From Candidatus Kuenenia stuttgartensis (lineage in GTDB: Bacteria; Planctomycetota; Brocadiia; Brocadiales; Brocadiaceae): a stretch of DNA of 32,000 bases. Shown here one piece after another: positions 18,654 to 26,786 of this stretch. Each line of letters opens with the position of its first letter. Positions within the stretch are counted from its first letter, which is position 1. The stretch covers positions 3,090,001 to 3,122,000 of the forward strand of contig NZ_LT934425.1 of assembly GCF_900232105.1 (NCBI RefSeq). Reading direction: 5' to 3'. The position numbers and the translations under genes were made by a program. The notes under the pieces are model-generated. The model was not told the origin of the DNA. It ran no database searches and worked only from the letters and a program-made list of their open reading frames with translations.

Positions 18654-19487
18654 TCATGCCTCACCTAAGAAAAATAGTTTGCGGCGAATGTGCTTTAAAC
18701 AGGGAAGATGTTTTCTCACTTCGCCAAGAAACGCAAAATCAATTTCGCAAACAATAACGTCTTCCATGTCCTGGCATTGCGCCATAATACGTCCCCACGG
18801 GTCAATGATCATCGTTCTGCCGTAACTGATGCGCTCATCGTTATGCCGTCCGTATTGGGCGGGCGCTACCACATAACACTGGTTTTCGATGGCGCGCGCC
18901 CGCAAGAGAACTTCCCAATGATCCTTTCCTGTTTCCATTGTAAATGCGGACGGCGCAAACAAGACTTCCATTCCACGCAGCATCAGCTTGCGAAAAAGCT
19001 CCGGGAAACGTAAATCATAGCAAATACACAGCCCCATGATATGCCCGAAAAGTTTTACCGTTTCAATATGTTTCCCATGTTTCACATAATGAGATTCCCT
19101 GTAAACAGTCTTGTCATCAAGGTGAAAATCAAACAGATGAATTTTATCATAACTCCCTATTATCACACCAGATTGATCAAAAACCAGGCAGGTGTTCGTA
19201 ACTTTTGCTTTGCTTGATGATCTGAGCGGAACACTCCCGCCAATAATCGCTACACTATGTTTCATTGAAAATTTTTTGAGAAAATGAACAATTTCCCCGG
19301 TTTCTCTCTCTTCCGCGAATGTTATGTTTTCTCTTTCCTGTCCGATAAACGAAAAATTTTCAGGGAGCGCAATCAACCTGGCACCCTTTTGCACTGCCTT
19401 TTCCATAAGTACACGTGCTGTGTTCAGGTTCTTATTACGGTCATGTACAGAGCACATTTGAATTGCGGCAATCGACAATATTTCCAT
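18654..19487 (-). CDS. Carbon-nitrogen hydrolase (nitrilase / omega-amidase-like family)
   Basis: ARLIALPENFSFIG; YDKIHLFDF; GHIMGLCICYDLRFPELFRKLMLRGMEVLFAPSAFT; catalytic E-K-C triad evident. Confidence 0.9.
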   Translation of the reverse strand: MEILSIAAIQMCSVHDRNKNLNTARVLMEKAVQKGARLIALPENFSFIGQERENITFAEERETGEIVHFLKKFSMKHSVAIIGGSVPLRSSSKAKVTNTCLVFDQSGVIIGSYDKIHLFDFHLDDKTVYRESHYVKHGKHIETVKLFGHIMGLCICYDLRFPELFRKLMLRGMEVLFAPSAFTMETGKDHWEVLLRARAIENQCYVVAPAQYGRHNDERISYGRTMIIDPWGRIMAQCQDMEDVIVCEIDFAFLGEVRKHLPCLKHIRRKLFFLGEA

Positions 19488-19908
19488 AGTAATTGATTTG
19501 CTCTACTTAAGTGTTCATATATACTCAAGGGGTCCACAAAGTGTGATTTTAAAAATGCTATAACTATTTATGTCAACAAAAGTTAAATCTAGTCCTGGAA
19601 ATCCCTATTTGTGAACTCTCACAGTATGGTTTGCCTTATACTGCTTTTTACAACCGACAAGAGAATATCACGCAATGAATTGGTAAGGCAAGGATATTCC
19701 CTGATGGCTTTGTTGCGCATAATCTCATCCTATCGCCTTATTTTTCTATAGACAAGTTGTTTTTTTTAATGGAAGAATATTGTATACAGTTTTATTTTGG
19801 AAGATGTGTTAATTCCTGTTACATTATACCCGATACCTGTTTAAAGAAAATGTTCTGCGGCATAATAAAATACGGCAGAAAATACGATAATTTTTGTATC
19901 GGGTAAAT

Positions 19909-20727
19909 ATGACAAGAAATTTTACCGGAAATTGGTTTGGTAAAGACGATCATTCACGTTGCATAATTTCACCTGTTGATTGTTTAAGCAACGGGCAACC
20001 CGACCTGCGAAAATCCGCAAAAATTGGCGAATGTTTGGTGATGTTTGAAACGAATGCTGGCATCCCTTATGTAAAAAGGCGATTGAAAGCCAAGAAAAAT
20101 GTTTTTACACTGCCGGGTTTTATTCCTCATCCTGATGTATATAGTGTCGAAGGGAAAAATACTGTTTCTTTTATACAAGGCGGATTTGGCGCTCCTGCCT
20201 CCGTATGTACTTTTGAAATAGCGGTAGCGTTGGGGTGTAAATGTCTTTTCGTGTTTGGATTGTGTGGCGGAATAGGAAAAAATCTGGAAGTGGGCGATAT
20301 TGTAATTCCGACAGAAATTATCAGAGAAGAAGGCACCTCTTACCATTATGCATCGGCAGAAACAAACGCATTACCCGATAAAGACCTGCTGGATGAGTTG
20401 AAAGATTATCTTTGCCAAACCGGGGAAAATAGTGTTATGTATGGCAAAACAGTCAGCACTGACGCAGTATTCAGACAGACAAAGGCCAAAGAACTCTTCT
20501 GGAGAAAAAATGGCATTATTGGAGTGGATATGGAAACCTCCGCATTGCTAACTGTAGCCGGATTCCACAAAATACCTGCAATAGGCATGCTTATTGTGTC
20601 TGATAAACATAATCTGGAAAACGACGCACCCTGGAAATGGGGAGGAAATGGTTTTGCAAAAAACCAGTGTAAGGCAATTAATTTATTAGTTGAGTTTGCA
20701 AGGAATACCACACGTTTATCAAATTAG
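19909..20727 (+). CDS. Purine/uridine phosphorylase superfamily protein
   Basis: CLFVFGLCGGIGKNLEVGDIVIPTEIIREEGTSYHY ... GVDMETSALLTVAGFHKIPAIGMLIVSDKH. Confidence 0.85.
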   Translation: MTRNFTGNWFGKDDHSRCIISPVDCLSNGQPDLRKSAKIGECLVMFETNAGIPYVKRRLKAKKNVFTLPGFIPHPDVYSVEGKNTVSFIQGGFGAPASVCTFEIAVALGCKCLFVFGLCGGIGKNLEVGDIVIPTEIIREEGTSYHYASAETNALPDKDLLDELKDYLCQTGENSVMYGKTVSTDAVFRQTKAKELFWRKNGIIGVDMETSALLTVAGFHKIPAIGMLIVSDKHNLENDAPWKWGGNGFAKNQCKAINLLVEFARNTTRLSN

Positions 20728-20861
20728 GCTGGGTTTTTAAAAGACGAAAACTCAACGGCATTCATTTTTATCCACCTCTCAACCCTCCCCGCAAGAGAGG
20801 AATTTTATAAGTCCCCTCTTGGGAGGGGCAGGGAGGGGTTTGTTCATTACGATAACTTTCT

Positions 20862-21419
20862 ATGAAAGATATAGAGTCCCGCTATAAACGTGAAAACAAT
20901 TCCTATCTCATCGAGATAAAATTAAAAGATATACGTCAGTTATTCAATACGTTTGACCCCGCTCCCTTTAGAGAGAAAGACATGGATGATGACGCGGAAG
21001 AATATATTGTTGCTTCCGTTAGAGAATTTCCTCTCGATACACTGCTTAAATTAGTTATTTATTTGCCTGAGAATTCCAGAGAAGAAGCGATACCGTTCAT
21101 ACCGGATGCAATTCGTAGTTATTTTAACTACCGGTTCAATACTTCTAACGAGGAGTTGAGCTTTATACTTAAAAAGGGACGTATTTCATTGTTAATCGGT
21201 ATTTTGTTTTTGTTTTTTTGTATCAGCACTGGAGCGGTTATTGACCGTATAGGAGATGGGATGCTGGCGCAAATTATTAAGGAAGGATTGCTCATTAGCG
21301 GCTGGGTAGCCATGTGGCGTCCTATTCAAATATTTTTATATGATTGGTGGCCCATACGATACATGAGCAAGTTATATGATAAAATCAGTAAAATGCCGAT
21401 TGAAATAAGATCCCTCTGA
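20862..21419 (+). CDS. Hypothetical membrane protein
   Basis: 185 aa ORF with a hydrophobic segment LLIGILFLFFCISTGAVIDRIGDGM plus LLISGWVAMWRPIQIFLY. Confidence 0.55.
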   Translation: MKDIESRYKRENNSYLIEIKLKDIRQLFNTFDPAPFREKDMDDDAEEYIVASVREFPLDTLLKLVIYLPENSREEAIPFIPDAIRSYFNYRFNTSNEELSFILKKGRISLLIGILFLFFCISTGAVIDRIGDGMLAQIIKEGLLISGWVAMWRPIQIFLYDWWPIRYMSKLYDKISKMPIEIRSL

Positions 21420-21533
21420 AACCGCAACTTGTGCGTTTCGGCGGGGGTGAATATCCGTTAAAAAAAATAGCAGTATAGTAGAAAGCCTTTTCAAAAGATA
21501 ATTTTTTACACTTTATCGCAGGGAGTAGAAGAG

Positions 21534-22730
21534 ATGTCTTTTCTAGAAACAAATGATGCACAAGGAGATAGTACTTCGGGGAATAGGGCGCCGGAGCCGA
21601 AAGAAAATTGTGACCATGAAAGAATACACGATAAAATAATGGACACTTTATTACAAACCCCAAAGGCGGATGAGGAAAAAGGTGAAAAGGAGACAGTAGA
21701 AATCGGGAAAGACGAAACAATTCCGCATGAAGAAACAAAAAATGACAGAGAGGTAGTTCAGGCGCAAGCAGAAAGTGCTCTGGCGTATGTGGAACAAAAT
21801 GAAGATCCTATGATTGAAGAGTTTGTTGAAAAGGCAAAAGAAGCGATACCAAACATGGGCGAAAAAGCCAAACACCTCCATACCACGCCAAATGACATAG
21901 AAAAACTCATCGAACAAAGGGAATATCTGGAAAGCCTCCTCAAGGAAAAATTTACCAAACGCATGACGGTAATGTTTACCGACCTGAAAGGTTCGACTGC
22001 CATTGCGGATGCGGAAGGTGATATCGCAAGCCGTACTATTATGAAACAACACAATGACGTCCTTTTCCCTATTATCAAAAAACATGACGGCATACTGGTA
22101 AAGACGATGGGAGACGGTACGTTGTCTTATTTTGAAGATGCACAGAAGGCGCTTCGCGCTGCAGTCGAAGCGCAAATAGGTTTTGACAGGTACAATATAG
22201 AAAAGAAACCCAAAACCCTCCTTCTCGTTACCATGGGTTTGCATACCGGAGATGGCGTAGTGGAAGAAAATGACATTTTCGGGGACGTGGTAAATGTTGC
22301 ATCGAGAATTGAATCGGCATCCAATCCGGGAGAGATATACCTTTCTGAAGACACATACAACTCGCTGACAAATAAGTCCGAAATATATATCCGATTTATA
22401 AAATCCACTACGTTAAAAGGCAAAAAGGGAGAATTCAGACTTTACAAAGCCTTCTGGGATGAAAAAGAAATCGAATTGGATAAATTCGATACAAAGGAAG
22501 AAGAGATTGTTGTTAAAAAACGTTTCCCCTTCGTAAAGGTATCGATGATGGTTTCAATACCGCTCATGATCTCTTATTTGCTCATGCTGGGCGGAGTCAT
22601 ACCCAACCCGTTTATAGCATTAACCGCATCAAAAACAGAACTGCGCTCACTTTCAACAGATATTTCCGATGAATACATAAAAAAGACATCAGAACACACC
22701 GTTACTATCATCTTTGATAACGAAGAATGA
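21534..22730 (+). CDS. Class III adenylate/guanylate cyclase, C-terminal TM segment
   Basis: KRMTVMFTDLKGSTAIADAEGD...HDGILVKTMGDGTLSYF...GLHTGDGVVEENDIFGDVVNVASRIESASNPGEIYLSE; then VSMMVSIPLMISYLLMLGG. Confidence 0.9.
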   Translation: MSFLETNDAQGDSTSGNRAPEPKENCDHERIHDKIMDTLLQTPKADEEKGEKETVEIGKDETIPHEETKNDREVVQAQAESALAYVEQNEDPMIEEFVEKAKEAIPNMGEKAKHLHTTPNDIEKLIEQREYLESLLKEKFTKRMTVMFTDLKGSTAIADAEGDIASRTIMKQHNDVLFPIIKKHDGILVKTMGDGTLSYFEDAQKALRAAVEAQIGFDRYNIEKKPKTLLLVTMGLHTGDGVVEENDIFGDVVNVASRIESASNPGEIYLSEDTYNSLTNKSEIYIRFIKSTTLKGKKGEFRLYKAFWDEKEIELDKFDTKEEEIVVKKRFPFVKVSMMVSIPLMISYLLMLGGVIPNPFIALTASKTELRSLSTDISDEYIKKTSEHTVTIIFDNEE

Positions 22731-22735
22731 CTTCA

Positions 22736-22790
22736 GCGGCATAGCCAGAGCCAAACAAGCGCAAAACGCAAAATATGAAGGGTGAAAATC
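22736..22790. repeat. Dispersed AT-rich repeat family R2, partial copy (inverted)
   Basis: cagcggcatagccagagccaaacaagcgcaaaacgcaaaatatgaag; reverse complement contains cttgtttggctctggctatgcc as at 3323..3419 and 7994..8080. Confidence 0.65.
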
Positions 22791-23022
22791 AGTAGAGTAG
22801 AAACAGATGACGAGGACTTAACAAAACGCTAAATCATTCTGCTATTTACCGTTATATAATCATTGACAACTTTTTTATTCTGGGTAGCATAATAGCGTTA
22901 AAAAAGATTGTAACAGCACAATAAAAATAATAAGAGAGATTCATACTCATCTTTTTTGTATGAAAATAATATTCGTATAGTAAAAATAACGTATTTTGAT
23001 CCTTAATAAATAAGGAGATATT

Positions 23023-23405
23023 ATGATTATTCCTGAAATTAAAAAAATGTCTACCGTTGAACATTTACAGGCGATGGAAGAATTATGGGATGCCTTGTGC
23101 CATGAAGAACTTGGCGCGGCCTTTGGCCGCAACCAAATTCAAAATACGAATATCGAAATACGAAACAAATTCAAATGACAAAAAACCCAATGCTCCAAAC
23201 TTTACGTAATCCTCATCTAATCAATGCCTTACGGTTATGCATTTTGAAAAACGAGCATAAAAAACAAGAAGTTGATGGATAGTAGTACGAAATCGAATCT
23301 CCTGCATGGCATGAAGAAATTCTTGACAAAAGGAAAAAGAAAATTGAGAGTGGCAAAGCAGAATTCATTTCTATTGAAGAATTAAAAACAAAAACACGTC
23401 AATGA
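23023..23405 (+). pseudogene. Addiction-module antitoxin, split by a ~179-bp insertion (23110..23288)
   Basis: MIIPEIKKMSTVEHLQAMEELWDALCHEE | IESPAWHEEILDKRKKKIESGKAEFISIEELKTKTRQ*. Confidence 0.8.
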
Positions 23406-23877
23406 ATGTAAAGAAAGTGCTTGTCTTAAAAGAAGCGGCAATGGATTTAGAAGAAGGAAGGCTTTTTTATGATAGAAAAGAGAAAGGGATAGGTGATTAT
23501 TTTTTTAATTGTTTAAAGGGGAGCATCCACTTGACTGTCCCATCCAAATTGTAACCACTTGATAAATAATTAGTTAAGGTACTTTAGGCTGATTGCTCAA
23601 TTATTTCCGTTAAGTTATATATACTCAATATATTAAGAAATTTTTATGACAGTCAAGTGGATACCCCCTTTGTTTAATTTCTGATCTTGAATCTATCAAA
23701 CTTTATGCAGGAGTGCATAGTAAGCGTTTTGGCTTTTATCGAATGCTTTCAAAGAGATTTCCGTTTGCCATTTACTATGAAATAGATAAAGAAATCGCTC
23801 GTGTTATAGCTATTTTGGACATGAGGCGCAACCCTGCCTGGATTCGTGGAAAACTTTCAGTAAGAAAAATTACATAG
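23402..23877 (+). pseudogene. RelE/ParE-family toxin, split by a 153-bp MITE (23517..23669)
   Basis: MNVKKVLVLKEAAMDLEEGRLFYDRKEKGIGDYFFNCL | ISDLESIKLYAGVHSKRFGFYRMLSKRFPFAIYYEIDKEIARVIAILDMRRNPAWIRGKLSVRKIT*; ATGA overlap with the antitoxin stop. Confidence 0.85.
23517..23669. mobile_element. MITE-like element, 153 bp
   Basis: Ends aggggagcatccacttgactgtc and, reverse complemented, aggggg-tatccacttgactgtc; flanked by 8-bp direct repeats ttgtttaa (23509..23516 and 23670..23677); too short to code. Confidence 0.88.
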
Positions 23878-24062
23878 TCAATTTTTACAAAAGATATAAA
23901 GACTTTATAAAAATTAATATGAAAGGTATTTTAGTTTTACTCACGTTTTACTTAACCAACGGTAAGTATAGATAAATGAATGGTTGCAGGCATAGCAATA
24001 TTCCCCACTTTCCTTAATTAATACTTAGAAAATTAAAACCCTGCTTCGTCTTTTTTTTACCC

Positions 24063-25271
24063 ATGACTGATTTTGAAACTATTAAGCAAATACTCCAAGA
24101 GGTCACTTTGGCAATATCAAATAGAGTTAATGATTCCACCGATTTATGGGATGCTTATTTCGATTGTAACAAGGAAGGTCTCTTTAAAGAACTCGACATG
24201 GCAATCTTGGATTGCAAAGAATTAAAGATATTCGAAGATGCCAGTCTCTGTGTGGGTGATATTATTATTTTTTTCAATTTTGAACGTTTACGTGAGTGGT
24301 TGGTAATTCATTCGATGAAAACAGATACAAACAAATCTATTTCTGCTATCCAACGACTTTTACTCGGAGAACCCTTTTTTGCTACGGCAGTGCTAGCATT
24401 GGCTAGAGTATCACTCCCAAAAACAATTCAGCTTGGGAATAATGTCACCTTATGTGAGTTTTCTTCCAATGAATTTCTCAATCAATCTAAAGACGAAAAT
24501 ATTGAGCACCATGAGATTGACGTTCATCATATTAGTGCCGCAATCACTGTTGAATTCGAGCATCCGGTACATTTGGGACCACGCGGGCATTATAGACCTT
24601 CTATTTATATGGGCATGGTAGATGAATTTTTTTATGCGCTGCAAAAAGCCTATCGCGCCTTGTTGATTCTTGGCATTGTTCGACCACAACCACCTGCATT
24701 GGTTGGTCACGCGATCTTTGTTCCTTTGGATTTTCCCGGGGCATATAGCAAAAACCTTCACCATTCGGTAAAAATTGATTCATACTGGCCTCGACTTGAA
24801 TTTAACGATGATGAGTGCTCTTTGGCAAAGTCCCTCTTTGAGTCTTTTGAAAATCTTAGTCCAAATCTTAGGGACTCGCTCTTTATACCAATGAGTCGGT
24901 TAAGATCAGCAATGACCGAGTTCAAAGACTTTGCAGATGCTGCTATTGACTTGGGCATTGCTCTTGAATCAATATTGATAAAATCTGACGAATCTACAGA
25001 AATTACTTATCGAATATCCATGAGAGGTGCACGTTTATTGGGTAAGACACTTGATGAACGACTCGATCTCAAAAAAAAACTAACTAAAATTTATGGAATG
25101 CGATCTAAGGCTGCTCATCGCGGTATAGTGCAATCAAAGTCTATAGATAAGGAAGTATTACTTTTAAGGGAAGGATTTAATCTAACGGCAAAAGCAATTC
25201 AAATTGTACTCACCAATAAACTTTATACCGACAAAGACCTTGATTCACTCTTATTACAATCAGAATCTTAA
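24063..25271 (+). CDS. Uncharacterised protein with C-terminal ApeA-like HEPN domain (putative)
   Basis: 402 aa; C-terminal AIDLGIALESILIKSDESTEITYRISMRGARLLGKTLDERLDLKKKLTKIYGMRSKAAHRGIV resembles Apea-like HEPN domains (RxxxxH-type RSKAAH). Confidence 0.65.
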   Translation: MTDFETIKQILQEVTLAISNRVNDSTDLWDAYFDCNKEGLFKELDMAILDCKELKIFEDASLCVGDIIIFFNFERLREWLVIHSMKTDTNKSISAIQRLLLGEPFFATAVLALARVSLPKTIQLGNNVTLCEFSSNEFLNQSKDENIEHHEIDVHHISAAITVEFEHPVHLGPRGHYRPSIYMGMVDEFFYALQKAYRALLILGIVRPQPPALVGHAIFVPLDFPGAYSKNLHHSVKIDSYWPRLEFNDDECSLAKSLFESFENLSPNLRDSLFIPMSRLRSAMTEFKDFADAAIDLGIALESILIKSDESTEITYRISMRGARLLGKTLDERLDLKKKLTKIYGMRSKAAHRGIVQSKSIDKEVLLLREGFNLTAKAIQIVLTNKLYTDKDLDSLLLQSES

Positions 25272-25463
25272 TACAGGAATAGTGAATATTTTCTATATCT
25301 ATTACACTATGATAATTAATAAAATGTTCATTATCTGGATTTATTATGTACTTCTGCCTATATAAAAATTGTTTTAAATTTTTTTATTCTTTTAATGGCA
25401 ATACATTAAACTTTTATATTTATTCTCAATGTTTTTACAAAAGATGTATTATTAAAATTCAAT

Positions 25464-26303
25464 ATGAAACGTTCTTTTAAGCATTCTCCGAACACTAAAA
25501 ACCAAATTATGCACCAAGAAGAAAAAGCAATCCTTTTGTCTGTAGATCGTGCCCTTTCCTCCTCATCAAATTCACAAACGATCGGAAGTAATGGCGAATT
25601 ACCACTAATTCAATTTTTCAATCGTTACTTACCTCTTACATTAAAAGCTACTACTGGATACTTTATCACGCCATCAGGAATATTATCGCCACAAATTGAT
25701 ATTATAATATTTGATTCAAGATACCCATTGCTTTCTGAAAACACCGATGGATCCGTTTTAACCATGCTTCATTCAGTAATTGCGTGCATAGAAGTTAAAA
25801 CGAATCTCAAATCAAGTGATATTAAGAAAGCATGGACAAATAGCATCAAAATAATGCAATTGGCATCGGAAATAGAAGGATACGGAACAATTTATGGTTG
25901 GCAATCAATCCTTAATAGTTTAATTGCTTATCGTTGCAGACAAACATTAGATACTATTAAAAACGTATTTAAATCCTTACGTACAAATCCTCGTTCAAAT
26001 CTATTAACAAATTTCTCGATAGAAATTTTACGTATCCCTGAAAAGAAACAATCTAATAAATTCGAATTTGGTGGGTCGTTGCACTTTGAACCATATAAAA
26101 ATTCAAATAAAGATAGTGCTTTTGTTGAGTTTTTACCTACTTTTGCTAAAAGCTATTCACCTCTTTCAGATTTTTACTATCGCACAGTTTATGATTGTTA
26201 TTACACATTAGGTCGGAGGAATTATTCATACAATGAAATTGGATGGCATTTCACAAAATATATGTCATGGGCAACTGCTTCAGTAAATTTAATAAATAAA
26301 TGA
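25464..26303 (+). CDS. Putative nuclease-like protein (DUF6602-like)
   Basis: 279 aa; LPLTLKATTGYFITPSGILSPQIDIIIFDSRYPLL...LHSVIACIEVKTNLKSSDIKKAW; D..(x)n..ExK pattern of PD-(D/E)XK-like folds. Confidence 0.6.
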   Translation: MKRSFKHSPNTKNQIMHQEEKAILLSVDRALSSSSNSQTIGSNGELPLIQFFNRYLPLTLKATTGYFITPSGILSPQIDIIIFDSRYPLLSENTDGSVLTMLHSVIACIEVKTNLKSSDIKKAWTNSIKIMQLASEIEGYGTIYGWQSILNSLIAYRCRQTLDTIKNVFKSLRTNPRSNLLTNFSIEILRIPEKKQSNKFEFGGSLHFEPYKNSNKDSAFVEFLPTFAKSYSPLSDFYYRTVYDCYYTLGRRNYSYNEIGWHFTKYMSWATASVNLINK

Positions 26304-26463
26304 ACTGTGACCAAATTGTGACCGAACCCTGCGGAATCGAAAGGAATGAGAAGGAACTAGCAGAAAAATTTCTATGTTGTAAGGTTTATGTTATAAATAA
26401 TTACAGTCGTAACAGACACAAAGCCAGTTGGTTATAAAAAATGCTAAAAATGACCTTTAAAGA

Positions 26464-26509
26464 AATGGGGTTCAAGAGGTCGTGGGTTCAAATCCCGCCA
26501 CCCCGACCA
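26464..26509 (+). tRNA. 3' fragment of tRNA-Pro(GGG) (anticodon loop to CCA), probable attachment-site scar
   Basis: atggggttcaagaggtcgtgggttcaaatcccgccaccccgacca has T-stem gtggg/cccgc, T-loop ttcaaat, acceptor strand caccccg-a-cca; no matching 5' half immediately upstream. Confidence 0.8.
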
Positions 26510-26786
26510 ATAAAATCAAAGGTTTCAGAAATTTGCCACTCTCTTCTTACTCCCTAATAAGGGATTGCCATATGTCTTTGCAATTGTTTATGCCAGCCTT
26601 CTCCTTCCGGCCAGTTCTTGTCAACCGCAATAGCGATCCGTTCAAAAATCTTTTCGATACCACAATAGAAATCATGAAGAATGCTTCCCGCAGCCCGTGT
26701 TTCAATAGAACCGGGATTTTCAGGTAACTCACGGATTAGTTCTTCCATCTCTTGTATGATCCTTTTGCAGATTTTAGAGTTATATA

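Noticed and set aside
21651-22244. 197-aa minus-strand ORF opposite the cyclase
   Set aside because: Phe-rich antisense translation; the sense strand has unambiguous cyclase motifs.
23137-23200. Regular tacgaaatacgaa spacing looked at as a possible CRISPR-like or iteron array
   Set aside because: No repeat-spacer periodicity; it matches the dispersed R2 repeat family instead.
25272-25463. Possible non-coding RNA or ncRNA antitoxin between the HEPN and DUF6602-like genes
   Set aside because: The region is AT-rich but I found no convincing repeat array, stem or terminator.
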